Below are positions 17,675 through 28,082 of a stretch of DNA of 58,752 nucleotides, one piece after another; position 1 is the stretch's first letter; the number at the start of each line of letters is the position of its first letter. This stretch comes from an uncultured Anaerolineales bacterium (GTDB lineage: Bacteria; Chloroflexota; Anaerolineae; Anaerolineales; UBA11858), in assembly GCA_964560795.1 (NCBI GenBank), contig CAZLNX010000002.1, positions 1-58,752 of the forward strand. The letters run 5' to 3'. The translations under genes and the position numbers were made by a program. The notes beneath the pieces are model-generated. The model was not told where the DNA came from. It did no database searches and saw only the letters and a list, made by a program, of their open reading frames with translations.

Positions 17675-18421
17675 TCAGCAATCATTTAGAACACACTCAA
17701 CGAACCAGATTGGAGCAAATTTCTTCAACCAAGAGTAGCGAGACATTTGATCCAGGGCTTTAAACATTCCCCGCACCACTCGGCGGTCTAACGATTTTGG
17801 GATATGCGTATTACCTACAATGCTCAAGATTTTGTAACCAGCCCCTGAGAGCATTTGATATATTTCCGAAGGCTTGTACCACCTCGAATATACTTGTCGT
17901 TGCAATGATTCGCGCCGCAGGTTTACTAGTAAGCCCGGAAAATAATAATAACTATGGAGATTTGGGAAACTAAATAAAAGACGACCATTAAATCTTTGGA
18001 TTCTCGAAAATTCGCTAAGCGCTTTCCTCGGGTTTTCAAGGTGGCTAAATACGTTTATAGAGATAACGGCATCAAAGGAGTTGCTTTCAAATGGAAGATT
18101 ATAAATTGATGCATTCGAAAACCGTTGAACATGGCTTTCTTTCTTGTGGTAAGAAACTCTATCCCTGGTTACTCGCAGCATAGATTCGGCCAAATCAACT
18201 ACAGTAAGGTCCTGGCACAGTTCTCCAAGTAGAGCTGTAAAACGACCTGTGCCGCAGCCAACCTCCAATCCGCTGCTTGTTGACCATTTTGAAAGCATTT
18301 CACGAACTATTTTTATCTGGCTTTTAGATGTATAAAGACCTCCGGGCGTTTCCCAGCGCTGATCGTAGATAGTGGAATCTGCGTTATAGAAAGTCTTAAC
18401 CTTTGGTTCGAATTTACTCAT
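17675..18421 (-). CDS. Class I SAM-dependent methyltransferase
   Basis: LEVGCGTGRFT, VDLAESML, LPFESNSFDAV. Likely start ATG 18421. Confidence 0.88.
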   Translation of the reverse strand: MSKFEPKVKTFYNADSTIYDQRWETPGGLYTSKSQIKIVREMLSKWSTSSGLEVGCGTGRFTALLGELCQDLTVVDLAESMLRVTRDRVSYHKKESHVQRFSNASIYNLPFESNSFDAVISINVFSHLENPRKALSEFSRIQRFNGRLLFSFPNLHSYYYFPGLLVNLRRESLQRQVYSRWYKPSEIYQMLSGAGYKILSIVGNTHIPKSLDRRVVRGMFKALDQMSRYSWLKKFAPIWFVECVLNDC

Positions 18422-19592
18422 TATTAATTTCTTGATAAATAGCATCCATTGATGCTGATACTCTTTGCGGATCAAATTTCTTCATTGCAAACTCCCGCGC
18501 ATTTTTTCCTAATTCAAGGCGTAATTGCCTATCTCCCAATAATTCATCCAAAGCTTGAGCGATATCGATTGGGTCATGGGGGTTGGCAAGTCGACCTTTT
18601 GAAGAATCAACCACTTCTGGCATACCTCCTACAGGGCTGACCAGCACAGGCGTTCCCGCAGCCATGGCTTCAAGTGCAGCGATAAAATAATCAGAAGGGC
18701 CAATGGTATGCAGAAATGGCGTTACAACCACATCAGCTGCAGCCATGAGCTGGGGCATTTTATCAGTTATCCCTACCCATTGCACGTGAGATTCTAGGCC
18801 TAATTCATTAACTAATTCCAACAAATAGGCGGTTCGCTTATCATGATCTTGAAATTTGAGTTCTGTCGTTGCGACAAGAAGGGCATCAGGATAATTTACC
18901 AGGAGCAGCTTCAGAGCCCGAAGAACCCCATCCAAGTTTTTCTCCCGCTTCTTATTGCCGACAAATAGAAGGACTGGTCTATCCAAGGGAAGCGCACATT
19001 CCATCCGAATATCATCTTTTGTTAATTCCTCACAGCATTGCGAGAATTTTTGAATATTCACAGCCGGTGGGACAACAAAGATATGTGACTTTCTCACGCC
19101 AGCAGTTATCAAAGAATCGGCAACATTTTCACTTATGCAAACAAAGCGCTGATTTCTCATTCTATTGGCAGCTTTTACAAATGACCCCACGACGGAAGCA
19201 CGCAAGCCCTCGGACATCAGCGGGCAATATAACGTATGTAAAACTGGAGCCTTTATTTTTCTTTGCATCAACATATCAGCTAAGACATATTCTGCGAACC
19301 CAGAATGCATCTGCACAACGTCTAGGTCTGAATAACTTGCAATTTCTCGGGCAGATTTTAGGCTATATTCAATAACAAACTGCAAGGTTGATGCATTAGC
19401 CCCAATTTCAAGGTGTTTTAATACAGTTCCACCAACCCGATCAATATCCTTGTTTAACATCTGACCGATGATCGTCACATCATGCGTCTTAGCCTGTTGA
19501 GACGATAAATTTAGCAAAGCACTCGCATATCCCCCGACAATTGTATCTCCATCTATATATGGAAATCGAGGAATGGCATGAAAGATATTCAT
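18414..19592 (-). CDS. Glycosyltransferase family 4
   Basis: LLFVGN...KNL, ALEAMAAGTPV, VGGMPEVV. Confidence 0.9.
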   Translation of the reverse strand: MNIFHAIPRFPYIDGDTIVGGYASALLNLSSQQAKTHDVTIIGQMLNKDIDRVGGTVLKHLEIGANASTLQFVIEYSLKSAREIASYSDLDVVQMHSGFAEYVLADMLMQRKIKAPVLHTLYCPLMSEGLRASVVGSFVKAANRMRNQRFVCISENVADSLITAGVRKSHIFVVPPAVNIQKFSQCCEELTKDDIRMECALPLDRPVLLFVGNKKREKNLDGVLRALKLLLVNYPDALLVATTELKFQDHDKRTAYLLELVNELGLESHVQWVGITDKMPQLMAAADVVVTPFLHTIGPSDYFIAALEAMAAGTPVLVSPVGGMPEVVDSSKGRLANPHDPIDIAQALDELLGDRQLRLELGKNAREFAMKKFDPQRVSASMDAIYQEINNE

Positions 19593-19599
19593 ATCAGAG

Positions 19600-20496
19600 T
19601 TAGATTTTCAAGCTATACTCGTTCCCGAACATTAATTTCAGATCATCGTATGAGGATATCTTTATCCCATAGTAATCAATATCCACTTTTTCATGCTGAA
19701 AACCTCGCCTAAGTTTTCGTATCACCCGGCGGGGAGTAAGAAACGCGACAATCGGCAAGGCTAACCCAAAATAAGCGCTCAGGGGCAAAGCCATCACCCG
19801 TGCCGTTCGATAAATGACCATCAGATGATGTTTGAGCATGTTCAAGCGCTTAGCTCGGGAGAGAGAGCTCGATCTATGCCGCCGTAGAACGACTGGCTCT
19901 GGCAGATTTCTAACTTTGTAGAGTGCAGCAATTCGACCCATTAATTCCGGATCGAAACCGATATCCATAGACTCGTCATACAATCCCACGCGATCTAGTG
20001 CTTCCTTACGCACCATAATAGCAGAGTGTGTAAATTTTTGGCGCCACACCCAAGAAGAGCGAATCTCCACATCGCTTTGAGGGTGCAAGACAAACCAAAG
20101 CTTTCTCTGAGCCTCATTGACCGCAACCTCGGCTCCACCCACCCAACCATATTCGGGGTGTGCATCTAAATAGGCTGCTTGTATCTCCAGGCGTTTCTCC
20201 AGAGCGATATCATCAGCATCCAAAATGGCGATATACTTGCTCTTCGCGTTTTGGATGCCAAAATTCAAGGCCGCAGCGGCACCGATATGTTCAGTACAAA
20301 GATAACGTACGCGTTCGTTATCTAACGCAAACTTTCTGGCTTTTTCTCCCGTACCATCTATAGAGCCATCATCCACAACTAGGTGGACATAATCACGAAA
20401 GGTCTGTTTTTGGATACTTTTTAAGACATCATCAATCCAATCTACGCCATTATAAACAGCTGTGATGACAGTGACCAAAGACTCTTGATTATTCAT
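19600..20496 (-). CDS. Glycosyltransferase family 2
   Basis: VTVITAVYN, VDDGSIDGT, ILDADD, RLEIQ. Confidence 0.92.
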   Translation of the reverse strand: MNNQESLVTVITAVYNGVDWIDDVLKSIQKQTFRDYVHLVVDDGSIDGTGEKARKFALDNERVRYLCTEHIGAAAALNFGIQNAKSKYIAILDADDIALEKRLEIQAAYLDAHPEYGWVGGAEVAVNEAQRKLWFVLHPQSDVEIRSSWVWRQKFTHSAIMVRKEALDRVGLYDESMDIGFDPELMGRIAALYKVRNLPEPVVLRRHRSSSLSRAKRLNMLKHHLMVIYRTARVMALPLSAYFGLALPIVAFLTPRRVIRKLRRGFQHEKVDIDYYGIKISSYDDLKLMFGNEYSLKI

Positions 20497-20499
20497 TAG

Positions 20500-21648
20500 T
20501 TATTCCGCGAACAATAATTGACGTATTGTGCTGTATACTTCAATACTCCGCTTCGGAAGCTGAAAATCTTCTGGCAAACCATTGCGTTGATTCACCACAA
20601 TGACAGCCTGTTGCGCCCGTTCAGTAGGCATATAGCCATGCATACCCTTCGGGAACCAGCCACCATACCATCCCGGCCAAAAGATTTTTCCTTCATCAAG
20701 CAAGAATATAATATCGCCAAATTCTTTATTCGTCGTTCCGTACTTGGTACGCTGCTCTTGATCCAACACCAGGCCAACCCCAAGGCCCGTAAGGTATTCA
20801 CTTATCTCTTCAGCCAGTGTTGGGGTTTTCACCCAGATTCTAGCAATGACAGAATCAAGAAAATAGGCATACGTTTTCATCGATGGCGCGCCAAAATGCT
20901 TGTCTAAGTCAAGATAAACTCTCTCAGTAACCGGCGCCATACCATGGTCTGAACAAATAACTACACTAAAATCATCATCGGAGACGGATGAAAAAATATC
21001 AACCAATTGTTCACACCACCCATCCAAGAGTCGAATCCTTGATTTGAATTCGTCTGACTCAGGCCCCTTCAAATGTCCTAAATGATCCAAATAGCCCAAA
21101 GTAATAAAAACGCTTTTCCCTTCTCGGGCAAATTTACAAGCCTCGTCAAAAGCGCACTCGTCTTGTTTATCTATGGGCACGCGGAACTCATTGAATCGAA
21201 CCACCTCGATATCCGGGTGCTCATCAAAGAAATAGGTTACTTCTCCCTCTCCTAAAGAATTATTGACATAAAAAGGCAAATACTCAAAGGGAATATTGGC
21301 AATATTTCCTTGACGATATATTTTCTCGAAACCTTTATGGATAGCTCTGCTCAACAATTGTGACCCTCGAGTAGTACGATCTACAATTCTAGCCAGGCTC
21401 TTAATAACTGGGTTCACTTGGGGCTGGTTATCCCCGTTCCACAAATCTTGAGAGAGAGTCCATTTATTGAAATACCCTAACTTATCAGGCGATATGCCCG
21501 CAAAGAGCATCGGAAACAAATTGATACTAAATCCAAGACCGGGAGTCATCGCTCCACTTTTACCAAACTGACTCAGAAATGGGGCATGTTCCTCCAACAT
21601 CATTTGTGGTACTGCATCTAAAAATATTACTAAAGCTCGTTTACTCAT
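20500..21648 (-). CDS. Alkaline phosphatase superfamily protein (type I phosphodiesterase/nucleotide pyrophosphatase-like)
   Basis: FLDAV, GFS nucleophile region, LDHLGH..GP, SDHGM, GMHGY. GGAG SD before ATG 21648; no signal peptide. Confidence 0.85.
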   Translation of the reverse strand: MSKRALVIFLDAVPQMMLEEHAPFLSQFGKSGAMTPGLGFSINLFPMLFAGISPDKLGYFNKWTLSQDLWNGDNQPQVNPVIKSLARIVDRTTRGSQLLSRAIHKGFEKIYRQGNIANIPFEYLPFYVNNSLGEGEVTYFFDEHPDIEVVRFNEFRVPIDKQDECAFDEACKFAREGKSVFITLGYLDHLGHLKGPESDEFKSRIRLLDGWCEQLVDIFSSVSDDDFSVVICSDHGMAPVTERVYLDLDKHFGAPSMKTYAYFLDSVIARIWVKTPTLAEEISEYLTGLGVGLVLDQEQRTKYGTTNKEFGDIIFLLDEGKIFWPGWYGGWFPKGMHGYMPTERAQQAVIVVNQRNGLPEDFQLPKRSIEVYSTIRQLLFAE

Positions 21649-21650
21649 TC

Positions 21651-22952
21651 TCAACTCCAAATACTTTTTGCTCGCAAATGTTCGATACCATCTTTGCCAA
21701 TACGGGGCTGGATCCTCCACGCCAAGAAAAAGGACACAAACGAATCTGCGATTAGCTTCCAATCTAAGGGATCTGATCCTTCTTTGGTGGGAATATCTCT
21801 TCCCTGGATTTTCGCATTCATACGCTGAGCATTTACAAGATATTTGTAATTTGCTTCTCCCTGAAGTACGGATACCAGATAAGCATGAAGATAAGCCAAG
21901 AAACCTACCATCAGCCGCTGCTTATCCATCAAAGCCCACCGGGGAGCCGATGGAATTCCTACTCTGCGGGCAAATCTTAAATCATCCAGTAGTTGTCGAG
22001 AGCGCCAATAGATAGAGCGTGGGAAATAGTTACGCTCATTCTTGATGAAGGGCTCAATGACGACTTCAACCTTTAGCTCATTGGTGAGCGCATCATCTGA
22101 CACGCCTGCTAAATATCCAATCAAGTGCAGATACCCAATTACAAAATTTTCATAGAAATACAACAGATTATTCTCTATTGCCAACTTCAACTTTACATCG
22201 ACGCATGCCTGCATAAAGCTCGAAAATCCAGATTGAAAAGGGGAATAACCAGCATAATGCTCCTGAAAATAATCCAATCTCTTTTGATATCCAGAAAGCA
22301 AGATTCCATCATTGGGCAAGAAAATTGTCAATAATTCAATAGAGTTCCTGGCCAAAAAATAGATCAAGGTTTCTGGCTTTGCAACCTCGCCCTTTTCGAG
22401 ATCACATGTGAGATGGAATAGCTGCCACCATAATCTTTCTACAACGAGTCCATTGAGATCACCAAAATCGAGATTGGAAGTCGTGATTTTGCCACCAAAT
22501 GGATATTCTTTGAGCAAATCCCTTCCGTAGATTACCAGACCCGTTGAATACAATTCGAATTGAGCAAGCCTGCGCAAAAAGGGGGCTTTTCCATAAAACC
22601 TCAGAATGGAGTTCAACATGAACTCAATATGAAATAAATTGCTTGAAATTTGCCATTCTTCTGCATTGGCGGCAAATTCTCGTTTGAGTCTTTCAACAGA
22701 TTCGCGATCAGGTTTTTTCTGCACCACAATCAAAAATTCATAGTCGCTATACAAATCAACCAACTTTCCGTCTTCGACTTTGTACGTCAACTCCCCTCGT
22801 GAGGTGCTGCCAAAAACAACCACGGAGATTACTTTGTATTCCATCAGAACATCCAAGATTTGATCCATAATCCGCGCAAAGTGCTGTTTTACTTCCTGAG
22901 GGTATTGGTAACGATCGCAAAATCCTAACTGATAAGAATCCGGAATGTTCAT
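21651..22952 (-). CDS. Pol-beta-type nucleotidyltransferase domain protein with helical C-terminal region
   Basis: VVVFGSTSRGE...YSDYEFLIV (hGS...DxE) signature near the N-terminus. Confidence 0.7.
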   Translation of the reverse strand: MNIPDSYQLGFCDRYQYPQEVKQHFARIMDQILDVLMEYKVISVVVFGSTSRGELTYKVEDGKLVDLYSDYEFLIVVQKKPDRESVERLKREFAANAEEWQISSNLFHIEFMLNSILRFYGKAPFLRRLAQFELYSTGLVIYGRDLLKEYPFGGKITTSNLDFGDLNGLVVERLWWQLFHLTCDLEKGEVAKPETLIYFLARNSIELLTIFLPNDGILLSGYQKRLDYFQEHYAGYSPFQSGFSSFMQACVDVKLKLAIENNLLYFYENFVIGYLHLIGYLAGVSDDALTNELKVEVVIEPFIKNERNYFPRSIYWRSRQLLDDLRFARRVGIPSAPRWALMDKQRLMVGFLAYLHAYLVSVLQGEANYKYLVNAQRMNAKIQGRDIPTKEGSDPLDWKLIADSFVSFFLAWRIQPRIGKDGIEHLRAKSIWS

Positions 22953-23851
22953 TTATCTACAGTGGTTTCGCTTTGCAAGGCATATGCTTCGGCCTTGCCA
23001 ATTAATTGAGTTTTTAACAACAGCCCTAATGAATCTGGCGGTGAGGTGAACAGAGCAATTCGATCAGCATTTCTGAGACCAAATACATATAAAACGCCTG
23101 ACAACCTGCGAAACCCAGCATGCAACTTATCAAAAAGCTTCACTCCAGGCTGATTTTTTAGCAACCCATATTGGCGTCTGATTTGATCGGTTTCACTTTT
23201 TGCATCGTCAAGTCTGGCTATCATTTTCCGATTGCTGTGCAATCGATTTCCTGCCAAAATTCGGGGGAAGTGTTGAAATTTATTTTCCTGGGACAAACGA
23301 AGCCAATACTCATAATCAATCCCCACATCTAGTGATTCGTCTAGCCGATGATCTTCAATCACCGTACGCCTGAAAAAAGTTGCCGGCTGGGAAATGCAAC
23401 CTCCGGTACGAAGAATTCGGTTGCGCTTAAAATTTGGCATGCGTCGAAAACGGATCATTTGATCAAACGAATCGATCAGAACATCATCCCCATACACAAC
23501 CACGGCGGACTGGTTTTTTAGAAAATAATCAACAACAACCGACAGCACATCGCGGTCGTAATAAATGTCGTCAGAATTTAGCCACCCGATGATTTCGCCG
23601 CGGCACAAGTTAAATGCTTTATTAACTGCGTTTGCCTGACCAGAGTCTTCCTCTGAAATCCACCGCAGAACGCCCGGAATGTCACGCTCGTACTGATGGA
23701 TAATCTTAAGGGTTTCATCTGTTGATCCCCCATCCATGATGATATATTCGAGATTTGAATAGGATTGATTTACGACCGACTTGATCGTTCTTTCTATAAA
23801 ATGGCCTTGGTTGAAGGAAGGGGTAACAACTGAAACTAAGGGTTGATGCAC
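22949..23851 (-). CDS. Glycosyltransferase family 2
   Basis: VSVVTPSFNQG, MDGGSTDET, GWLNSDD, QPATFFR, DYEYW. Confidence 0.93.
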   Translation of the reverse strand: MHQPLVSVVTPSFNQGHFIERTIKSVVNQSYSNLEYIIMDGGSTDETLKIIHQYERDIPGVLRWISEEDSGQANAVNKAFNLCRGEIIGWLNSDDIYYDRDVLSVVVDYFLKNQSAVVVYGDDVLIDSFDQMIRFRRMPNFKRNRILRTGGCISQPATFFRRTVIEDHRLDESLDVGIDYEYWLRLSQENKFQHFPRILAGNRLHSNRKMIARLDDAKSETDQIRRQYGLLKNQPGVKLFDKLHAGFRRLSGVLYVFGLRNADRIALFTSPPDSLGLLLKTQLIGKAEAYALQSETTVDK

Positions 23852-25401
23852 TAATCGCTATCCCGCTCAAATTTATGAAGAACTAATAATGGATTGAAAC
23901 GCACTTCTTCAACTTGCGCGTAGTTCTCTCCCAACCAATTCAAGGCGCGCGTTTGTGCTGAATTTTCTATAGAACGCGTTATTTCTGCAAACCAAACTTG
24001 GGAACGTGGACCAAACGCATCAACAAGCCGTTTTTCTTCTTCAGCTTCGGTCAAGCCCCCCAGAGAAGATATCGAGAAATGGGAAACTGGCAATTCTCCG
24101 GAATAATACCACTGAAGCGCTTCTGGATGCCCTGTTCCAATGGCAGCTTCTTCTGATGCGTTGATTTTGATATAGTTTGCCAGCCCACTGTAATTAGCTC
24201 GGCGGCCAAATTCAGATTCTCGCAAGTGAAAATTTAAAAGGGAATAACCATTCAGCAGAATGATTAGTGAGCCGAAGAACAAGGCCAAACGATGCTTAGG
24301 GAATCTAATTAACCACAACGACAGCAATACATAGTAGCCTAAAGATGCACTAATAACCAATTTTGGGCTAAACACACGCACAAAAGGCAGTAGGCCAACC
24401 CCATAAGGGATAACCAAAGTGAAAAACAAGAATAATAAAATCAGCCATCCCTTAGCCCTATCGCGGACCAGCATAATCAGGGCAAGCAATGTAGTCGGAA
24501 CAAATGCAATTGACCACAAAATTATTACCGGCAAATTGGAGAGAACTTCACCCCATAAAAATTCCTTTGCAATTGATGCCCCAGAAAATCTCACAGCTGA
24601 ATAACCCACTGTAAATGTCAGTGCCAATTCAGGGAGAGCAAACAACGAAGAGATATCAGGCACCAACCCTGTTAGCCGACCAGTTGCCATTTGGTCAAAA
24701 AGCACAAATCCCCACGGGAGAAAGGCGAATGCCGTGGCAGCCTGAGCGAGCAGCCAGTTTCGATACGAGTGCCAATTCCGTAAGGATGGGATTGCCAAAA
24801 AGGCCACATTCTCAAACAAAATGAAAAATGCAGCGAAATAATGAGTATAAAGCGCTACTGCATTCGAGAAAACACAACCGATTAGCCAAATAGATTTTCT
24901 GCTTTCTTTCCACCGGACAAACGAATAAATTGATAAAAGCGTTAGAAACGCGAGCGTGGTCATGGGTTTCAATTGTAAGGATTGATCAATGTGGAAAGGG
25001 GAAAGAGCAAGGAACGCAGCTGAAAGCAATCCAACTTTATAGTCGAATAAAGAAGTTGTTAGAGAATATAACATTGGAATACTTAGCACGCCGAATAACA
25101 CCCCAGGGATTCGAGTAATTACCTCATCTGTTCCAATAAAGGTAAACACTTTGAGTAAAACAAAATAAGCCGGCACATAATTTATTTTCGCGGTCCAAGA
25201 GACTGCACCGGCAAATGAATTTCCAATACCCTTTAGAATGCTGAAATCATCTGAGCTATAGCTATATCCCATCTCACTCAAACGCAAAATCAATCCGATA
25301 CTGATAATTATCAACAATACATGGCGCGGCGATAATCGAACAATGTTAGATTTCAGTTTTTGCATAGTGGGTTGAAGAATCATACAGCAGCTAGTATGCA
25401 C
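23851..25401 (-). CDS. GT-C fold membrane glycosyltransferase (GT39/PMT-like)
   Basis: LILRL..SSDD first-loop acidic motif, PAYFVLL, RIPGVLFG, LALSPFHI, ALYTHY, FLPW; many TMs. Start position uncertain. Confidence 0.75.
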   Translation of the reverse strand: MHTSCCMILQPTMQKLKSNIVRLSPRHVLLIIISIGLILRLSEMGYSYSSDDFSILKGIGNSFAGAVSWTAKINYVPAYFVLLKVFTFIGTDEVITRIPGVLFGVLSIPMLYSLTTSLFDYKVGLLSAAFLALSPFHIDQSLQLKPMTTLAFLTLLSIYSFVRWKESRKSIWLIGCVFSNAVALYTHYFAAFFILFENVAFLAIPSLRNWHSYRNWLLAQAATAFAFLPWGFVLFDQMATGRLTGLVPDISSLFALPELALTFTVGYSAVRFSGASIAKEFLWGEVLSNLPVIILWSIAFVPTTLLALIMLVRDRAKGWLILLFLFFTLVIPYGVGLLPFVRVFSPKLVISASLGYYVLLSLWLIRFPKHRLALFFGSLIILLNGYSLLNFHLRESEFGRRANYSGLANYIKINASEEAAIGTGHPEALQWYYSGELPVSHFSISSLGGLTEAEEEKRLVDAFGPRSQVWFAEITRSIENSAQTRALNWLGENYAQVEEVRFNPLLVLHKFERDSD

Positions 25402-26875
25402 CCTCTTGCTGAAGGACTACAACGATTGTACGCGCAAGAATGTACACATCCTGCCAGATCGACCAATTTCGAACGTAGTATTCATCTAAGCGGACTCGCT
25501 CTTCATAGCTGACATCATTTCGACCAGAAACCTGCCAGAGACCTGTGATGCCCGGTCGAACCCAGGTATAGGGATCAAAACGATCGCCATAGAACTTGAT
25601 CTCATCTTCAACGATCGGGCGCGGTCCCACCAGACTCATCTCCCCTTTCAACACATTCCAAACTTGCGGCAGTTCGTCCAGGCTATACTTGCGCAAGAAT
25701 TTTCCCAAACGAGTAACACGGGGATCGTCCTTCAATTTGAAAGATCTTTCCCACTCAGCCCTTAAACCGGGTGTAGCATCCAAATACTCCTGCAACACCT
25801 GATCTGCATTTGGAACCATTGTGTGAAGTTTCCAAGCTGTAAATTTTTGCCCTCCCCTTCCGATGCGTGTATGGCCATAAAATGCTCGCCCGCGCGAGTC
25901 TAACCTAACAAGGAGAGCAAGGATCCCAATTATCGGCACAATAACCACACTGCTTGCCAGAACCAGGGTTAAATCTAGTAATCGTTTCGCAGCGCGATGG
26001 CTAAAACTCAGCAAGTTGTGACGAACCTCTAGACCGAGTAAGCCCCCCAGATCTCGGGGGATCACTCCAAAGCTGTTAATATTCTTGAGATCAGGGATCA
26101 AGATCACGCGCTGAAAGCCTTTCTGCTGATTTTCAACAAATGTTTGCTGAAGCTCATTGGGTATTTCAGAGACAAGCATGATGGCTGTCCTGATACCGGA
26201 TAAAATGGCTAAATCTGTTCCTGAGAAGGTTTTCTCATTCCAAACGACAACAACATCACCGGGAGCATTGTCCCCTCCAGGGCGAAAGTCATCGACGGCC
26301 ATCGTTGGTCGCCAACCAAAATAGGGATTCTTTCGTAAGAACTCAATGAGCCATTGGGCTTGCTCCCCAGAACCAATAACGGCCACGGGCTCACCCCAAC
26401 CAGACAGGAAATCAACCAAAGCCTTCGTCAGTGTTCGCCCCAACGGAACAAGGATTAACCCAAATACCCAAGTCAGAGTTAATGTTAATCTCGAGAAATT
26501 TCCAGCATTTCGAGCCCAGAAAGTCAGCGCCATAAAAAACAGGAAAACGGCGCTGGTAGTTGTAGTCAACTTGCGGAACTCCGTAACGGGGCTAAGACCA
26601 ATTCCGGGGTAAAGATGGCGAAATGCATATACTCCAACACAGAAAAGCATTATTGGAATAACCTGTTCCAAGAGGTCAAAACGCCAACGGCCCTCGAAGA
26701 TTATTCTCATTCCAACAGCAAGGAAACCAGCCATCAAAAGACTGGATATATCAGCTAAGACGAGAGTTACACTCATCCACCAACGCGCATAACGCAATGC
26801 GAACGGCAAGGATGCTCCAGCCTCTAACACCATGGGGGGTATAAATTGTGATTCTGTTTCAATCTTTGCTTTCAA
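25391..26875 (-). CDS. wbaP: Undecaprenyl-phosphate galactose phosphotransferase (WbaP-like)
   Basis: [67 protein letters not shown]. Confidence 0.85.
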   Translation of the reverse strand: MKAKIETESQFIPPMVLEAGASLPFALRYARWWMSVTLVLADISSLLMAGFLAVGMRIIFEGRWRFDLLEQVIPIMLFCVGVYAFRHLYPGIGLSPVTEFRKLTTTTSAVFLFFMALTFWARNAGNFSRLTLTLTWVFGLILVPLGRTLTKALVDFLSGWGEPVAVIGSGEQAQWLIEFLRKNPYFGWRPTMAVDDFRPGGDNAPGDVVVVWNEKTFSGTDLAILSGIRTAIMLVSEIPNELQQTFVENQQKGFQRVILIPDLKNINSFGVIPRDLGGLLGLEVRHNLLSFSHRAAKRLLDLTLVLASSVVIVPIIGILALLVRLDSRGRAFYGHTRIGRGGQKFTAWKLHTMVPNADQVLQEYLDATPGLRAEWERSFKLKDDPRVTRLGKFLRKYSLDELPQVWNVLKGEMSLVGPRPIVEDEIKFYGDRFDPYTWVRPGITGLWQVSGRNDVSYEERVRLDEYYVRNWSIWQDVYILARTIVVVLQQEGAY

Positions 26876-26887
26876 GTCAGCCTCAGG

Positions 26888-28078
26888 TTACATTAGAACA
26901 GTTTGGAACTGATCCCCGATCTTTTGGATATTAAAATGTTCTTCAGCATAAATCCGTGCGTTATTAGCTAATTCTCCACGCAACGATGGGTTGCTTACCA
27001 ATTTCTCAGCAGCCATAAGAAATGAATCAACATCATTTGGCAGTACGGCAATCCCAGCCTTGTGTCGGGAAACAATTTGTGCAACCAAATTTTGTTCTGG
27101 GACTGCCAAAAGTATTGGGCGCTGGGCACATAAATAGGAGTAGACCTTTGATGGAACCGAATAGGCACCAGCATCAGGTGTCAAAATTGCCAATAATACA
27201 TCTGCTGATGCCAATAGATTGGGAAATTGATTATAAGGTTGGAATTGTACTATTTTCAAGTTTCGAATCGCTAACTCATTTTTCTTTTTGTGTAGCCATT
27301 CTGCGCCTGGTCCTTCAGAGATAACGCACACACAAACCTGTGGATCATGCTGGAAATGCTGCGCAAGCTGCACCAGTAATTCAGGGTTGTGTTTCATACC
27401 CAGAACACCCGTGTATAGAAAACACAACTTGTCCGCGAGACCGTTTTCCCTCGCCCACGAGTTATCCTTTTGATGCACCGGAATTTCCTCTATCGGAGCC
27501 CAATTTTGTATTACCTGAATTCTATCCTGATTGATGCCCCATTGGTTTAGGATAGGCATAAAATCATCCGCTATTGCTACTATCTTAGCGCTTCTTTGAA
27601 GTAATCTACATTCAAGCCGCATATAATACCGCCCAATTATACCTGCCAACCATGCAAACCGCTCTTTTCTCAATATTTGATAGGTGGCAAGACCAATCAA
27701 GTCTTGCAGCCAAAATATGAAATCTATTTTATTCTTCAAACACCATCGAAACAATATAGCCTGAGCGTCTAATGGAGTGTTCGCCGAAACCACTACGTCC
27801 GGTTGGAAATCATCCAACATTTTCACTAGCAATTTTCCATACTCTACTTCCTGGAATCTTCTTTGTAGCAAGGAGTATTTCTTGAAAGGCTTAGACAACT
27901 TTATCCCATAGACGCTGAAGTTATTATCATCAGTTTCTACATATTCCAATTTTCCACGCTTCACCAGTTGTGTTGAATCCCCATATAGATACTGCACATC
28001 ATGACCTCGCCGCGCAAGCTCGCGGCTAAGCTGAACAGAAAATGCGTATCCTCCATAGTCATGAATGAGTATTCGCAT
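26888..28078 (-). CDS. Glycosyltransferase family 4 (WcaI-like)
   Basis: MRILIHDYGG start at ATG 28078; WLQD, NWAP, YTGVLGMKH, SVPSKVYSY. Confidence 0.88.
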   Translation of the reverse strand: MRILIHDYGGYAFSVQLSRELARRGHDVQYLYGDSTQLVKRGKLEYVETDDNNFSVYGIKLSKPFKKYSLLQRRFQEVEYGKLLVKMLDDFQPDVVVSANTPLDAQAILFRWCLKNKIDFIFWLQDLIGLATYQILRKERFAWLAGIIGRYYMRLECRLLQRSAKIVAIADDFMPILNQWGINQDRIQVIQNWAPIEEIPVHQKDNSWARENGLADKLCFLYTGVLGMKHNPELLVQLAQHFQHDPQVCVCVISEGPGAEWLHKKKNELAIRNLKIVQFQPYNQFPNLLASADVLLAILTPDAGAYSVPSKVYSYLCAQRPILLAVPEQNLVAQIVSRHKAGIAVLPNDVDSFLMAAEKLVSNPSLRGELANNARIYAEEHFNIQKIGDQFQTVLM

Positions 28079-28082
28079 CACG

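Noticed and set aside
21651-22952. CBASS or MNT-HEPN defence system
   Set aside because: No effector, Cap or HEPN RxxxxH partner is adjacent, and the gene is translationally coupled within the glycan operon.
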